Position numbers and translations under genes: made by a program
DNA from: Eledone cirrhosa
Lineage: Eukaryota
Length of the DNA stretch: 64,000 nt
Reading direction: 5' to 3'
Assembly: GCA_964016885.1 (NCBI GenBank)
Contig: OZ024746.1
Coordinates: 26,908,001-26,972,000, forward strand
In this document: positions 38,101 to 50,800 of the stretch, piece after piece
Position numbering within the stretch: the first letter of the stretch is position 1
Layout: each line of letters opens with the position of its first letter
Notes under the pieces: model-generated
What the model was told of the DNA's origin: nothing
Seen by the model: only the letters and a program-made list of their open reading frames with translations
Databases searched by the model: none

Positions 38101-41100
38101 GTAATAAATCACCCGGTTTAACACCACCACCTGGTCCTTGGGTGGTAGATGTAATAAGTCACCCAGTTTAACACCACCACCTGGTCCTTGGGTGGTAGAT
38201 GTAATAAGTCACCCAGTTTAACACCACCACCTGGTCCTTGGGTGGTAGATGTAATAAGTCACCCGGTTTAACACCACCACCTGGTCCTTGGGTGGCAGGT
38301 GTAATAAGTCACCTGGTTTAACACCACCACCTGGTCCTTGGGTGGCAGGTGTAATAAGTCACCTGGTTTAACACCACCACCTGGTCCTTGGGTGGTAGAT
38401 GTAATAAGTCACCCAGTTTAACACCACCACCTGGTCCTTGGGTGGTAGATGTAATAAGTCACCCGGTTTAACACCACCACCTGGTCCTTGGGTGGTAGAT
38501 GTAATAAGTCACCCGGTTTAACACCACCACCTGGTCCTTGGGTGGTAGATGTAATAAGTCACCCGGTTTAACACCACCACCTGGTCCTTGGGTGGTAGAT
38601 GTAATAAGTCACCCGGTTTAACACCATCACCTGGTCCTTGGGTGGCAGGTGTAATAAGTCACCCGGTTTAACACCACCACCTGGTCCTTGGGTGGTAGAT
38701 GTAATAAGTCACCCGGTTTAACACCATCACCTGGTCCTTGGGTGGCAGATGTAATAAGTCACCCAGTTTAACACCACCACCTGGTCCTTGGGTGGTAGAT
38801 GTAATAAGTCACCTTGTTTAACACCACCACCTGGTCCTTGGGTGGTAGAATGGTAGATGTAATAAGTCACCCAGTTTAACACCACCACCTGGTCCTTGGG
38901 TGGTAGAGTGGTAGATGTAATAAGTCACCCAGTTTAACACCACCACCTGGTCCTTGGGTGGTAGAATGGTAGATGTAATAAGTCACCCAGTTTAACACCA
39001 CCACCTGGTCCTTGGGTGGTAGATGTAATAAGTCACCCGGTTTAACACCACCACCAGGTCCTTGGGTGGTAGATGTAATAAGTCACCCAGTTTAACACCA
39101 CCACCTGGTCCTTGGGTGGTAGATGTAATAAGTCACCTGGTTTAACACCACCACCTGGTCCTTGGGTGGTAGATGTAATAAGTCACCCGGTTTAACACCA
39201 CCACCTGGTCCTTGGGTGGTAGATGTAATAAGTCACCCGGTTTAACACCACCACCTGGTCCTTGGGTGGTAGATGTAATAAGTCACCCGGTTTAACACCA
39301 CCACCTGGTCCTTGGGTGGTAGATGTAATAAGTCACCCGGTTTAACACCACCACCTGGTCCTTGGGTGGTAGATGTAATAAGTCACCCGGTTTAACACCA
39401 CCACCTGGTCCTTGGGTGGTAGATGTAATAAGTCAGACAGTTTAACACCACCACCTGGTCCTTGGGTGGCAGGTGTAATAAGTCACCTGGTTTAACACCA
39501 CCACCTGGTCCTTGGGTGGCAGGTGTAATAAGTCACCTGGTTTAACACCACCACCTGGTCCTTGGGTGGTAGATGTAATAAGTCAGACAGTTTAACACCA
39601 CCACCTGGTCCTTGGGTGGTAGAGTGGTAGATGTAATAAGTCACCCAGTTTAACACCACCACCTGGTCCTTGGGTGGTAGATGTAATAAGTCACCCGGTT
39701 TAACACCACCACCTGGTCCTTGGGTGGTAGATGTAATAAGTCACCCGGTTTAACACCACCACCTGGTCCTTGGGTGGTAGAATGGTAGATGCAATAAGTC
39801 ACCCGGTTTAACACCACCACCTGGTCCTTGGGTGGCAGGTGTAATAAGTCACCTGGTTTAACACCACCACCTGGTCCTTGGGTGGTAGAGTGGTAGATGT
39901 AATAAGTCACCCAGTTTAACACCACCACCTGGTCCTTGGGTGGTAGATGTAATAAGTCACCTTGTTTAACACCACCACCTGGTCCTTGGGTGGTAGATGT
40001 AATAAGTCACCCAGTTTAACACCATCACCTGGTCCTTGGGTGGTAGATGTAATAAGTCACCCAGTTTAACACCACCACCTGGTCCTTGGGTGGTAGATGT
40101 AATAAGTCACCCAGTTTAACACCATCACCTGGTCCTTGGGTGGTAGATGTAATAAGTCACCCAGTTTAACACCACCACCTGGTCCTTGGGTGGTAGATGT
40201 AATAAGTCACCCGGTTTAACACCATCACCTGGTCCTTGGGTGGCAGATGTAATAAGTCACCCAGTTTAACACCACCACCTGGTCCTTGGGTGGTAGATGT
40301 AATAAGTCACCTTGTTTAACACCACCACCTGGTCCTTGGGTGGTAGAATGGTAGATGTAATAAGTCACCCAGTGTAACACCACCACCTGGTCCTTGGGTG
40401 GTAGAGTGGTAGATGTAATAAGTCACCCAGTTTAACACCACCACCTGGTCCTTGGGTGGTAGATGTAATAAGTCACCCAGTTTAACACCACCACCTGGTC
40501 CTTGGGTGGTAGATGTAATAAGTCACCCGGTTTAACACCACCACCTGGTCCTTGGGTGGTAGATGTAATAAGTCACCCGGTTTAACACCACCACCTGGTC
40601 CTTGGGTGGTAGATGTAATAAGTCACCCAGTTTAACACCACCACCTGGTCCTTGGGTGGTAGAGTGGTAGATGTAATAAGTCACCCAGTTTAACACCACC
40701 ACCTGGTCCTTGGGTGGTAGATGTAATAAGTCACCCAGTTTAACACCACCACCTGGTCCTTGGGTGGTAGATGTAATAAGTCACCTGGTTTAACACCATC
40801 ACCTGGTCCTTGGGTGGTAGATGTAATAAGTCACCTGGTTTAACACCATCACCTGGTCCTTGGGTGGGAGAGTGGTAGATGTAATAAGTCACCCGGTTTA
40901 ACACCACCACCTGGTCCTTGGGTGGCAGGTGTAATCTGTCACCCAGTTTAACACCACCATCTGGTCCTTGGGTGGTAGATGTAATAAGTCACCCGGTTTA
41001 ACACCACCACCTGGTCCTTGGGTGGTAGATGTAATAAGTTACCCAGTTTAACACCACCACCTGGTCCTTGGGTGGTAGATGTAATAAGTCACCCGGTTTA

Positions 41101-44100
41101 ACACCACCACCTGGTCCTTGGGTGGTAGATGTAATAAGTCACCCAGTTTAACACCACCACCTGGTCCTTGGGTGGTAGAGTGGTAGATGTAATAAGTCAC
41201 CCGGTTTAACACCACCACCTGGTCCTTGGGTGGTAGATGTAATAAGTCACCCAGATTAACACCACCACCTGGTCCTTGGGTGGTAGAGTGGTAGATGTAA
41301 TAAGTCACCCAGTTTAACACCACCACCTGGTCCTTGGGTGGTAGATGTAATAAGTCACCCAGTTTAACACCACCACCTGGTCCTTGGGTGGTAGATGTAA
41401 TAAGTCACCCAGTTTAACACCACCACCTGGTCCTTGGGTGGTAGATGTAATAAGTCACCCGGTTTAACACCACCACCTGGTCCTTGGGTGGTAGATGTAA
41501 TAAGTCACCCAGTTTAACACCACCACCTGGTCCTTGGGTGGTAGATGTAATAAGTCACCCAGTTTAACACCACCACCTGGTCCTTGGGTGGTAGATGTAA
41601 TAAGTCACCCAGTTTAACACCATCACCTGGTCCTTGGGTGGTAGAGTGGTAGATGTAATAAGTCACCCAGTTTAACACCACCACCTGGTCCTTGGGTGGT
41701 AGATGTAATAAGTCACCCGGTTTAACACCACCACCTGGTCCTTGGGTGGTAGATGTAATAAGTCACCCAGTTTAACACCACCACCTGGTCCTTGGGTGGT
41801 AGATGTAATAAGTCACCCGGTTTAACACCACCACCTGGTCCTTGGGTGGCAGGTGTAATAAGTCACCTGGTTTAACACCACCACCTGGTCCTTGGGTGGC
41901 AGGTGTAATAAGTCACCTGGTTTAACACCACCACCTGGTCCTTGGGTGGTAGATGTAATAAGTCACCCAGTTTAACACCACCACCTGGTCCTTGGGTGGT
42001 AGATGTAATAAGTCACCCGGTTTAACACCACCACCTGGTCCTTGGGTGGTAGATGTAATAAGTCACCCGGTTTAACACCACCACCTGGTCCTTGGGTGGT
42101 AGATGTAATAAGTCACCCGGTTTAACACCACCACCTGGTCCTTGGGTGGTAGATGTAATAAGTCACCCGGTTTAACACCATCACCTGGTCCTTGGGTGGC
42201 AGGTGTAATTAGTCACCTGGTTTAACACCACCACCTGGTCCTTGGGTGGTAGATGTAATAAGTCACCCAGTTTAACACCACCACCTGGTCCTTGGGTGGT
42301 AGATGTAATAAGTCACCCGGTTTAACACCACCACCTGGTCCTTGGGTGGTAGATGTAATAAGTCACCCGGTTTAACACCACCACCTGGTCCTTGGGTGGT
42401 AGATGTAATAAGTCACCCGGTTTAACACCACCACCTGGTCCTTGGGTGGTAGATGTAATAAGTCACCCGGTTTAACACCACCACCTGGTCCTTGGGTGGT
42501 AGAGTGGTAGATGTAATAAGTCACCCGGTTTAACACCACCACCTGGTCCTTGGGTGGTAGATGTAATAAGTCACCCAGATTAACACCACCACCTGGTCCT
42601 TGGGTGGTAGCGTGGTAGATGTAATAAGTCACCCAGTTTAACACCACCACCTGGTCCTTGGGTGGTAGATGTAATAAGTCACCCAGTTTAACACCACCAC
42701 CTGGTCCTTGGGTGGTAGATGTAATAAGTCACCCAGTTTAACACCACCACCTGGTCCTTGGGTGGTAGATGTAATAAGTCACCCGGTTTAACACCACCAC
42801 CTGGTCCTTGGGTGGTAGATGTAATAAGTCACCCAGTTTAACACCACCACCTGGTCCTTGGGTGGTAGATGTAATAAGTCACCCAGTTTAACACCACCAC
42901 CTGGTCCTTGGGTGGTAGATGTAATAAGTCACCCAGTTTAACACCACCACCTGGTCCTTGGGTGGTAGAGTGGTAGATGTAATAAGTCACCCAGTTTAAC
43001 ACCACCACCTGGTCCTTGGGTGGTAGATGTAATAAGTCACCCGGTTTAACACCACCACCTGGTCCTTGGGTGGTAGATGTAATAAGTCACCCAGTTTAAC
43101 ACCACCACCTGGTCCTTGGGTGGTAGATGTAATAAGTCACCCAGTTTAACACCACCACCTGGTCCTTGGGTGGTAGATGTAATAAGTCACCCAGTTTAAC
43201 ACCATCACCTGGTCCTTGGGTGGTAGAGTGGTAGATGTAATAAGTCACCCAGTTTAACACCACCACCTGGTCCTTGGGTGGTAGATGTAATAAGTCACCC
43301 GGTTTAACACCACCACCTGGTCCTTGGGTGGTAGATGTAATAAGTCACCCAGTTTAACACCACCACCTGGTCCTTGGGTGGTAGATGTAATAAGTCACCC
43401 GGTTTAACACCACCACCTGGTCCTTGGGTGGCAGGTGTAATAAGTCACCTGGTTTAACACCACCACCTGGTCCTTGGGTGGCAGGTGTAATAAGTCACCT
43501 GGTTTAACACCACCACCTGGTCCTTGGGTGGTAGATGTAATAAGTCACCCAGTTTAACACCACCACCTGGTCCTTGGGTGGTAGATGTAATAAGTCACCC
43601 GGTTTAACACCACCACCTGGTCCTTGGGTGGTAGATGTAATAAGTCACCCGGTTTAACACCACCACCTGGTCCTTGGGTGGTAGATGTAATAAGTCACCC
43701 GGTTTAACACCACCACCTGGTCCTTGGGTGGTAGATGTAATAAGTCACCCGGTTTAACACCATCACCTGGTCCTTGGGTGGCAGGTGTAATTAGTCACCT
43801 GGTTTAACACCACCACCTGGTCCTTGGGTGGTAGATGTAATAAGTCACCCAGTTTAACACCACCACCTGGTCCTTGGGTGGTAGATGTAATAAGTCACCC
43901 GGTTTAACACCACCACCTGGTCCTTGGGTGGTAGATGTAATAAGTCACCCGGTTTAACACCACCACCTGGTCCTTGGGTGGTAGATGTAATAAGTCACCC
44001 GGTTTAACACCACCACCTGGTCCTTGGGTGGTAGATGTAATAAGTCACCCGGTTTAACACCACCACCTGGTCCTTGGGTGGTAGAGTGGTAGATGTAATA

Positions 44101-46351
44101 AGTCACCCGGTTTAACACCACCACCTGGTCCTTGGGTGGTAGATGTAATAAGTCACCCAGATTAACACCACCACCTGGTCCTTGGGTGGTAGCGTGGTAG
44201 ATGTAATAAGTCACCCAGTTTAACACCACCACCTGGTCCTTGGGTGGTAGATGTAATAAGTCACCCAGTTTAACACCACCACCTGGTCCTTGGGTGGTAG
44301 ATGTAATAAGTCACCCAGTTTAACACCACCACCTGGTCCTTGGGTGGTAGATGTAATAAGTCACCCGGTTTAACACCACCACCTGGTCCTTGGGTGGTAG
44401 ATGTAATAAGTCACCCAGTTTAACACCACCACCTGGTCCTTGGGTGGTAGATGTAATAAGTCACCCTGTTTAACACCACCACCTGGTCCTTGGGTGGTAG
44501 ATGTAATAAGTCACCCAGTTTAACACCACCACCTGGTCCTTGGGTGGTAGAGTGGTAGATGTAATAAGTCACCCAGTTTAACACCACCACCTGGTCCTTG
44601 GGTGGTAGATGTAATAAGTCACCCGGTTTAACACCACCACCTGGTCCTTGGGTGGTAGATGTAATAAGTCACCCAGTTTAACACCACCACCTGGTCCTTG
44701 GGTGGTAGATGTAATAAGTCACCCAGTTTAACACCACCACCTGGTCCTTGGGTGGTAGATGTAATAAGTCACCCAGTTTAACACCACCACCTGGTCCTTG
44801 GGTGGTAGATGTAATAAATCACCCGGTTTAACACCACCACCTGGTCCTTGGGTGGTAGATGTAATAAGTCACCCAGTTTAACACCACCACCTGGTCCTTG
44901 GGTGGTAGATGTAATAAGTCACTCAGTTTAACACCACCACCTGGTCCTTGGGTGGTAGATGTAATAAGTCACCCGGTTTAACACCACCACCTGGTCCTTG
45001 GGTGGCAGGTGTAATAAGTCACCTGGTTTAACACCACCACCTGGTCCTTGGGTGGCAGGTGTAATAAGTCACCTGGTTTAACACCACCACCTGGTCCTTG
45101 GGTGGTAGATGTAATAAGTCACCCAGTTTAACACCACCACCTGGTCCTTGGGTGGTAGATGTAATAAGTCACCCGGTTTAACACCACCACCTGGTCCTTG
45201 GGTGGTAGATGTAATAAGTCACCCGGTTTAACACCACCACCTGGTCCTTGGGTGGTAGATGTAATAAGTCACCCGGTTTAACACCACCACCTGGTCCTTG
45301 GGTGGTAGATGTAATAAGTCACCCGGTTTAACACCATCACCTGGTCCTTGGGTGGCAGGTGTAATAAGTCACCCGGTTTAACACCACCACCTGGTCCTTG
45401 GGTGGTAGATGTAATAAGTCACCCAGTTTAACACCACCACCTGGTCCTTGGGTGGTAGATGTAATAAGTCACCCGGTTTAACACCACCACCTGGTCCTTG
45501 GGTGGTAGATGTAATAAGTCACCCGGTTTAACACCACCACCTGGTCCTTGGGTGGTAGATGTAATAAGTCACCCGGTTTAACACCACCACCTGGTCCTTG
45601 GGTGGTAGATGTAATAAGTCACCCGGTTTAACACCACCACCTGGTCCTTGGGTGGTAGAGTGGTAGATGTAATAAGTCACCCAGTTTAACACCACCACCT
45701 GGTCCTTGGGTGGTAGATGTAATAAGTCACCCAGTTTAACACCACCACCTGGTCCTTGGGTGGTAGAGTGATAGATGTAATAAGTCACCCGGTTTAACAC
45801 CACCACCTGGTCCTTGGGTGGTAGAGTGGTAGATGTAATAAGTCACCCGGTTTAACACCACCACCTGGTCCTTGGGTGGTAGAGTGGTAGATGTAATAAG
45901 TCACCCAGTTTAACACCACCACCTGGTCCTTGGGTGGTAGAGTGGTAGATGTAATAAGTCACCCAGTTTAACACCACCACCTGGTCCTTGGGTGGTAGAT
46001 GTAATAAGTCACCCGGTTTAACACCACCACCTGGTCCTTGGGTGGTAGATGTAATAAGTCACCCGGTTTAACACCGCCACCTGTCCTTGGGTGGTAGATT
46101 TAATAAGTCATCCAGTTTAACACCACCACCTGGTCCTTGGGTGGTAGATGTAATCTGTCACCCGGTTTAACACCACCACCTGGTCCTTGGGTGGTAGAGT
46201 GGTAGATGTAATAAGTCACCCAGTTTAACACCACCACCAGGTCCTTGGGTGGTAGATGTAATCTGTCACCCAGTTTAACACCACCACCTGGTCCTTGGGT
46301 GGTAGATGTAATCTGTCACCCAGTTTAACACCAACACCTGGTCCTTGGGTG
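23129..46351. repeat. 50-bp satellite (58-bp variant), roughly 450 monomers: ACCCRGTTTAACACCACCACCTGGTCCTTGGGTGGTAGATGTAATAAGTC
   Basis: Continuous tandem periodicity; an 8-bp internal duplication (AGAGTGGT/AGAATGGT) gives the 58-mers; no spacers. Confidence 0.98.
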
Positions 46352-46544
46352 TCCTTGTTCTACCATTCAGGGTCTAGTCACCAATTTAAGGATAACTTCC
46401 TTCTTTACTGCCAGACTGAGTAAACCAGTAAATAAGTCATTATTAATCTGGTAAAATAGTAAATCCCAGATTATTGTATTTTTCTTTCGTTATTTCTGAT
46501 AATATAGTCACCATGAGAAACGCTTTCTGTTCTACAATTTGGTC

Positions 46545-46723
46545 TAATCATCATCATCACCAATACCACCTCCACCACTGCCACCGCCACCACCGCTGCC
46601 GCCACGACCACCACCTCTACCTCCACCATCACCGCCACCGTCACCGCCACCACTGCTGCCACCACTGCCACTGCCTTCCAGCTTTCTTGTAGCAGCCACA
46701 GATTTCGTTTATAATAATAAAAT

Positions 46724-46754
<31 letters not shown>

Positions 46755-46800
46755 GATGATAATAATAATAATAATAATGATAACAATAACAATAATAATA
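46545..46800. repeat. (CCA/CCG)n low-complexity tract followed by (TAA)n
   Basis: Seen directly; explains the His-rich and Ile-rich ORFs. Confidence 0.9.
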
Positions 46801-47410
46801 TCTTCTGGCAGTTGGATGTATTTAAACATGACTGTCTTGAATATATAAAATGATATTTCAAAATATATATCTTATATATTTTATTAGACAAATTCTTTAC
46901 TAGGAACAATTCAATGATCATCAGCAATGCATAAAGTAAAGGGTAGTCATTTGTCTGTTCAAGATATGTCAGTAGAAAGAAAAAGAACACTACGACAAAA
47001 TTATGAAGAAAAGAGACAAAGAACACGATGGACAAAGGAAATGAATTTAGATGTTATTCGATGCTATTTCATGTCTATTACAACTGACTCTACATCATAC
47101 AGGCGATCAATGCATCGATATTGGAAAAAACTATACCCAAACACAATTTGTACTGAACAACGAATAGCTGATCAGAAAAAACAAATATTCAGCCATGCAG
47201 ATGATACAAAGAGACTAAATAAGAGAGGAAATTGGTTGACAGAGTTAGAAATTGAGGATATAAAGTGTGAGTGTTACAATTTATTTGATACTGTTGTAAA
47301 TATAGGAAACGGTACTAGTGTTACGAATGATAGTAATGGTGATAGTATCAACAATGACCACAATACTAATGTTAATAAGAACTTAAAAATAGCAATGTTA
47401 ATGCTGTAGG
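46801..47410 (+). mobile_element. Dong/R4-clade non-LTR retrotransposon 5' fragment (ORF N-terminus at 46927-47270)
   Basis: RTRWTKEMNLDVIRCYF...SYRRSMHRYWKK...TEQRIADQKKQI...WLTELEIEDIK is the R4/Dong N-terminal pattern as I recall it. Flanked by (TAA)n, the known Dong target. Confidence 0.75.
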
Positions 47411-47609
47411 TGCTACTACTACTACTACTACTACTACTAATAATAATAATAATAATAATAATACAACTACTACTACTGCCTGGTCTGAAGTAGAGGTGTG
47501 ATTTATAGATTCAAATCCTGGACTGTAATTTGTGCTCAGAGGAAGCAGTCTGCATGTTGTTTGAGAATGGCCTACTGATCAACAAGAAATCTGAGCTTGC
47601 AACAAAATA

Positions 47610-47760
47610 TGCATGAGTAAATGCTTGCACTAAATGCATGAATAAATGCTTGCACTAAATGCATGAATAAATGTTTGCACTAAATGCATGAGTAAATGTT
47701 TGCACTAAATGCATGAGTAAATGTTTGCACTAAATGCATGAGTAAATGTTTGCACTAAAT
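47610..47760. repeat. 25-bp tandem repeat, 6 copies (GCATGAGTAAATGTTTGCACTAAAT)
   Basis: Seen directly. Confidence 0.95.
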
Positions 47761-47829
47761 CCATAAATTATATATCTACTTCAAATCAATAATGACCTTG
47801 GAGTATAAAAGACTAGATTTGCCTAACAC

Positions 47830-50800
47830 CTAACCTATTTTAGTAGTCATTACCTGGATATGGCTACTATGTTAGTTATTACTTGGACATGTCTACTTGT
47901 CCTACCTCGGTACCCATTGCCTGAACAGGGCTACTGACTTACCTTGGTAGCTATTACCTGGACATGGCTACTATGGTAGCTATTACCTGGACATGGTTAC
48001 TGTGGTAGCTATTACCTGGACATGGCTACTATGGTAGCTATTACCTGGACATGGCTAGTATGGTAGCTATTACCTGGACATGGTTACTGTGGTAGCTATT
48101 ACCTGGACATGGTTTCTGTGGTAGCTATTACCTGGACATGGTTTCTGTGGTAGCTATTACCTGGACATGGTTACTGTGGTAGCTATTACCTGGACATGGT
48201 TTCTGTGGTAGCTATTACCTGGACATGGTTTCTGTGGTAGCTATTACCTGGACATGGCTACTGTGGTAGCTATTACCTGGACATGGCTACTATGGTAGCT
48301 ATTACCTGGACATGGCTACTGTGGTAGCTATTACCTGGACATGGCTACTATGGTAGCTATTACCTGGACATGGCTACTGTGGTAGCTATTACCTGGACAT
48401 GGCTACTATGGTAGCTATTACCTGGACATGGTTACTGTGGTAGCTATTACCTAGACATGGTTACTGTGGTAGCTATTACCTAGACATGGTTACTGTGGTA
48501 GCTATTACCTAGACATGGTTACTGTGGTAGCTATTACCTAGACATGGTTACTGTGGTAGCTATTTCCTGGACATGGTTACTGTGGTAGCTATTACCTGGA
48601 CATGGTTACTGTGGTAGCTATTACCTAGACATGGTTACTGTGGTAGCTATTACCTGGACATGGTTACTGTGGTAGCTATTACCTGGACATGGTTACTGTG
48701 GTAGCTATTACCTAGACATGGCTACTGTGGTAGCTATTACCTGGACATGGTTACTGTGGTAGCTATTACCTGGACATGGTTACTGTGGTAGCTATTACCT
48801 GGACATGGTTACTGTGGTAGCTATTACCTAGACATGGCTACTGTGGTAGCTATTACCTAGACATGGTTACTGTGGTAGCTATTACCTGGACATGGTTACT
48901 GTGGTAGCTATTACCTGGACATGGTTACTGTGGTAGCTATTACCTAGACATGGCTACTGTGGTAGCTATTACCTGGACATGGCTACTGTGGTAGCTATTA
49001 CCTGGACATGGCTACTGTGGTAGCTATTACCTAGACATGGCTACTGTGGTAGCTATTACCTGGACATGGTTACTGTGGTAGCTATTACCTAGACATGGTT
49101 ACTGTGGTAGCTATTACCTAGACATGGCTACTGTGGTAGCTATTACCTGGACATGGCTACTGTGGTAGCTATTACCTAGACATGGCTACTGTGGTAGCTA
49201 TTACCTGGACATGGTTACTGTGGTAGCTATTACCTGGACATGGTTACTGTGGTAGCTATTACCTAGACATGGCTACTGTGGTAGCTATTACCTGGACATG
49301 GCTACTGTGGTAGCTATTACCTAGACATGGCTACTGTGGTAGCTATTACCTGGACATGGTTACTGTGGTAGCTATTACCTGGACATGGTTACTGTGGTAG
49401 CTATTACCTGGACATGGCTACTGTGGTAGCTATTACCTGGACATGGTTACTGTGGTAGCTATTACCTGGACATGGTTACTATGGTAGCTATTACCTGGAC
49501 ATGGTTACTGTGGTAGCTATTACCTGGACATGGTTACTGTGGTAGCTATTACCTGGACATGGCTACTGTGGTAGCTATTACCTGGACATGGTTACTGTGG
49601 TAGCTATTACCTGGACATGGTTACTATGGTAGCTATTACCTAGACATGGTTACTGTGGTAGCTATTACCTGGACATGGTTACTGTGGTAGCTATTACCTA
49701 GACATGGCTACTATGGTAGCTATTACCTGGACATGGCTACTGTGGTAGCTATTACCTGGACATGGTTACTGTGGTAGCTATTACCTGGACATGGTTACTG
49801 TGGTAGCTATTACCTAGACATGGCTACTATGGTAGCTATTACCTGGACATGGCTACTGTGGTAGCTATTACCTGGACATGGTTACTGTGGTAGCTATTAC
49901 CTGGACATGGTTACTGTGGTAGCTATTACCTAGACATGGCTACTATGGTAGCTATTACCTGGACATGGCTACTGTGGTAGCTATTACCTGGACATGGTTA
50001 CTGTGGTAGCTATTACCTGGACATGGTTACTGTGGTAGCTATTACCTGGACATGGCTACTGTGGTAGCTATTACCTGGACATGGCTACTGTGGTAGCTAT
50101 TACCTAGACATGGTTACTATGGTAGCTATTACCTGGACATGGTTACTGTGGTAGCTATTACCTGGACATGGTTACTGTGGTAGCTATTACCTGGACATGG
50201 TTACTGTGGTAGCTATTACCTGGACATGGCTACTGTGGTAGCTATTACCTGGACATGGCTACTGTGGTAGCTATTACCTAGACATGGTTTCTGTGGTAGC
50301 TATTACCTAGACATGGTTACTGTGGTAGCTATTACCTGGACATGGTTACTGTGGTAGCTATTACCTAGACATGGCTACTGTGGTAGCTATTACCTGGACA
50401 TGGCTACTGTGGTAGCTATTACCTAGACATGGTTTCTGTGGTAGCTATTACCTGGACATGGCTACTGTGGTAGCTATTACCTGGACATGGTTACTGTGGT
50501 AGCTATTACCTAGACATGGTTACTGTGGTAGCTATTACCTGGACATGGCTACTATGGTAGCTATTACCTAGACATGGCTACTGTGGTAGCTATTACCTGG
50601 ACATGGTTACTGTGGTAGCTATTACCTAGACATGGCTACTGTGGTAGCTATTACCTGGACATGGCTACTGTGGTAGCTATTACCTAGACATGGTTTCTGT
50701 GGTAGCTATTACCTGGACATGGTTACTGTGGTAGCTATTACCTAGACATGGCTACTGTGGTAGCTATTACCTGGACATGGCTACTGTGGTAGCTATTACC

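Noticed and set aside
25598-45806. Fourteen 92-aa minus-strand ORFs (MVVLNWVTYYIYH...)
   Set aside because: Artefacts of 50/58-bp monomer phasing with non-ATG starts; every frame hits TAA/TAG regularly.
23129-46351. CRISPR-like array
   Set aside because: Monomers are contiguous with no unique spacers; no cas genes; eukaryotic context.
46471-47035. His-, Val/Ala-, Ile- and Leu-rich ORFs
   Set aside because: Translations of trinucleotide microsatellites.
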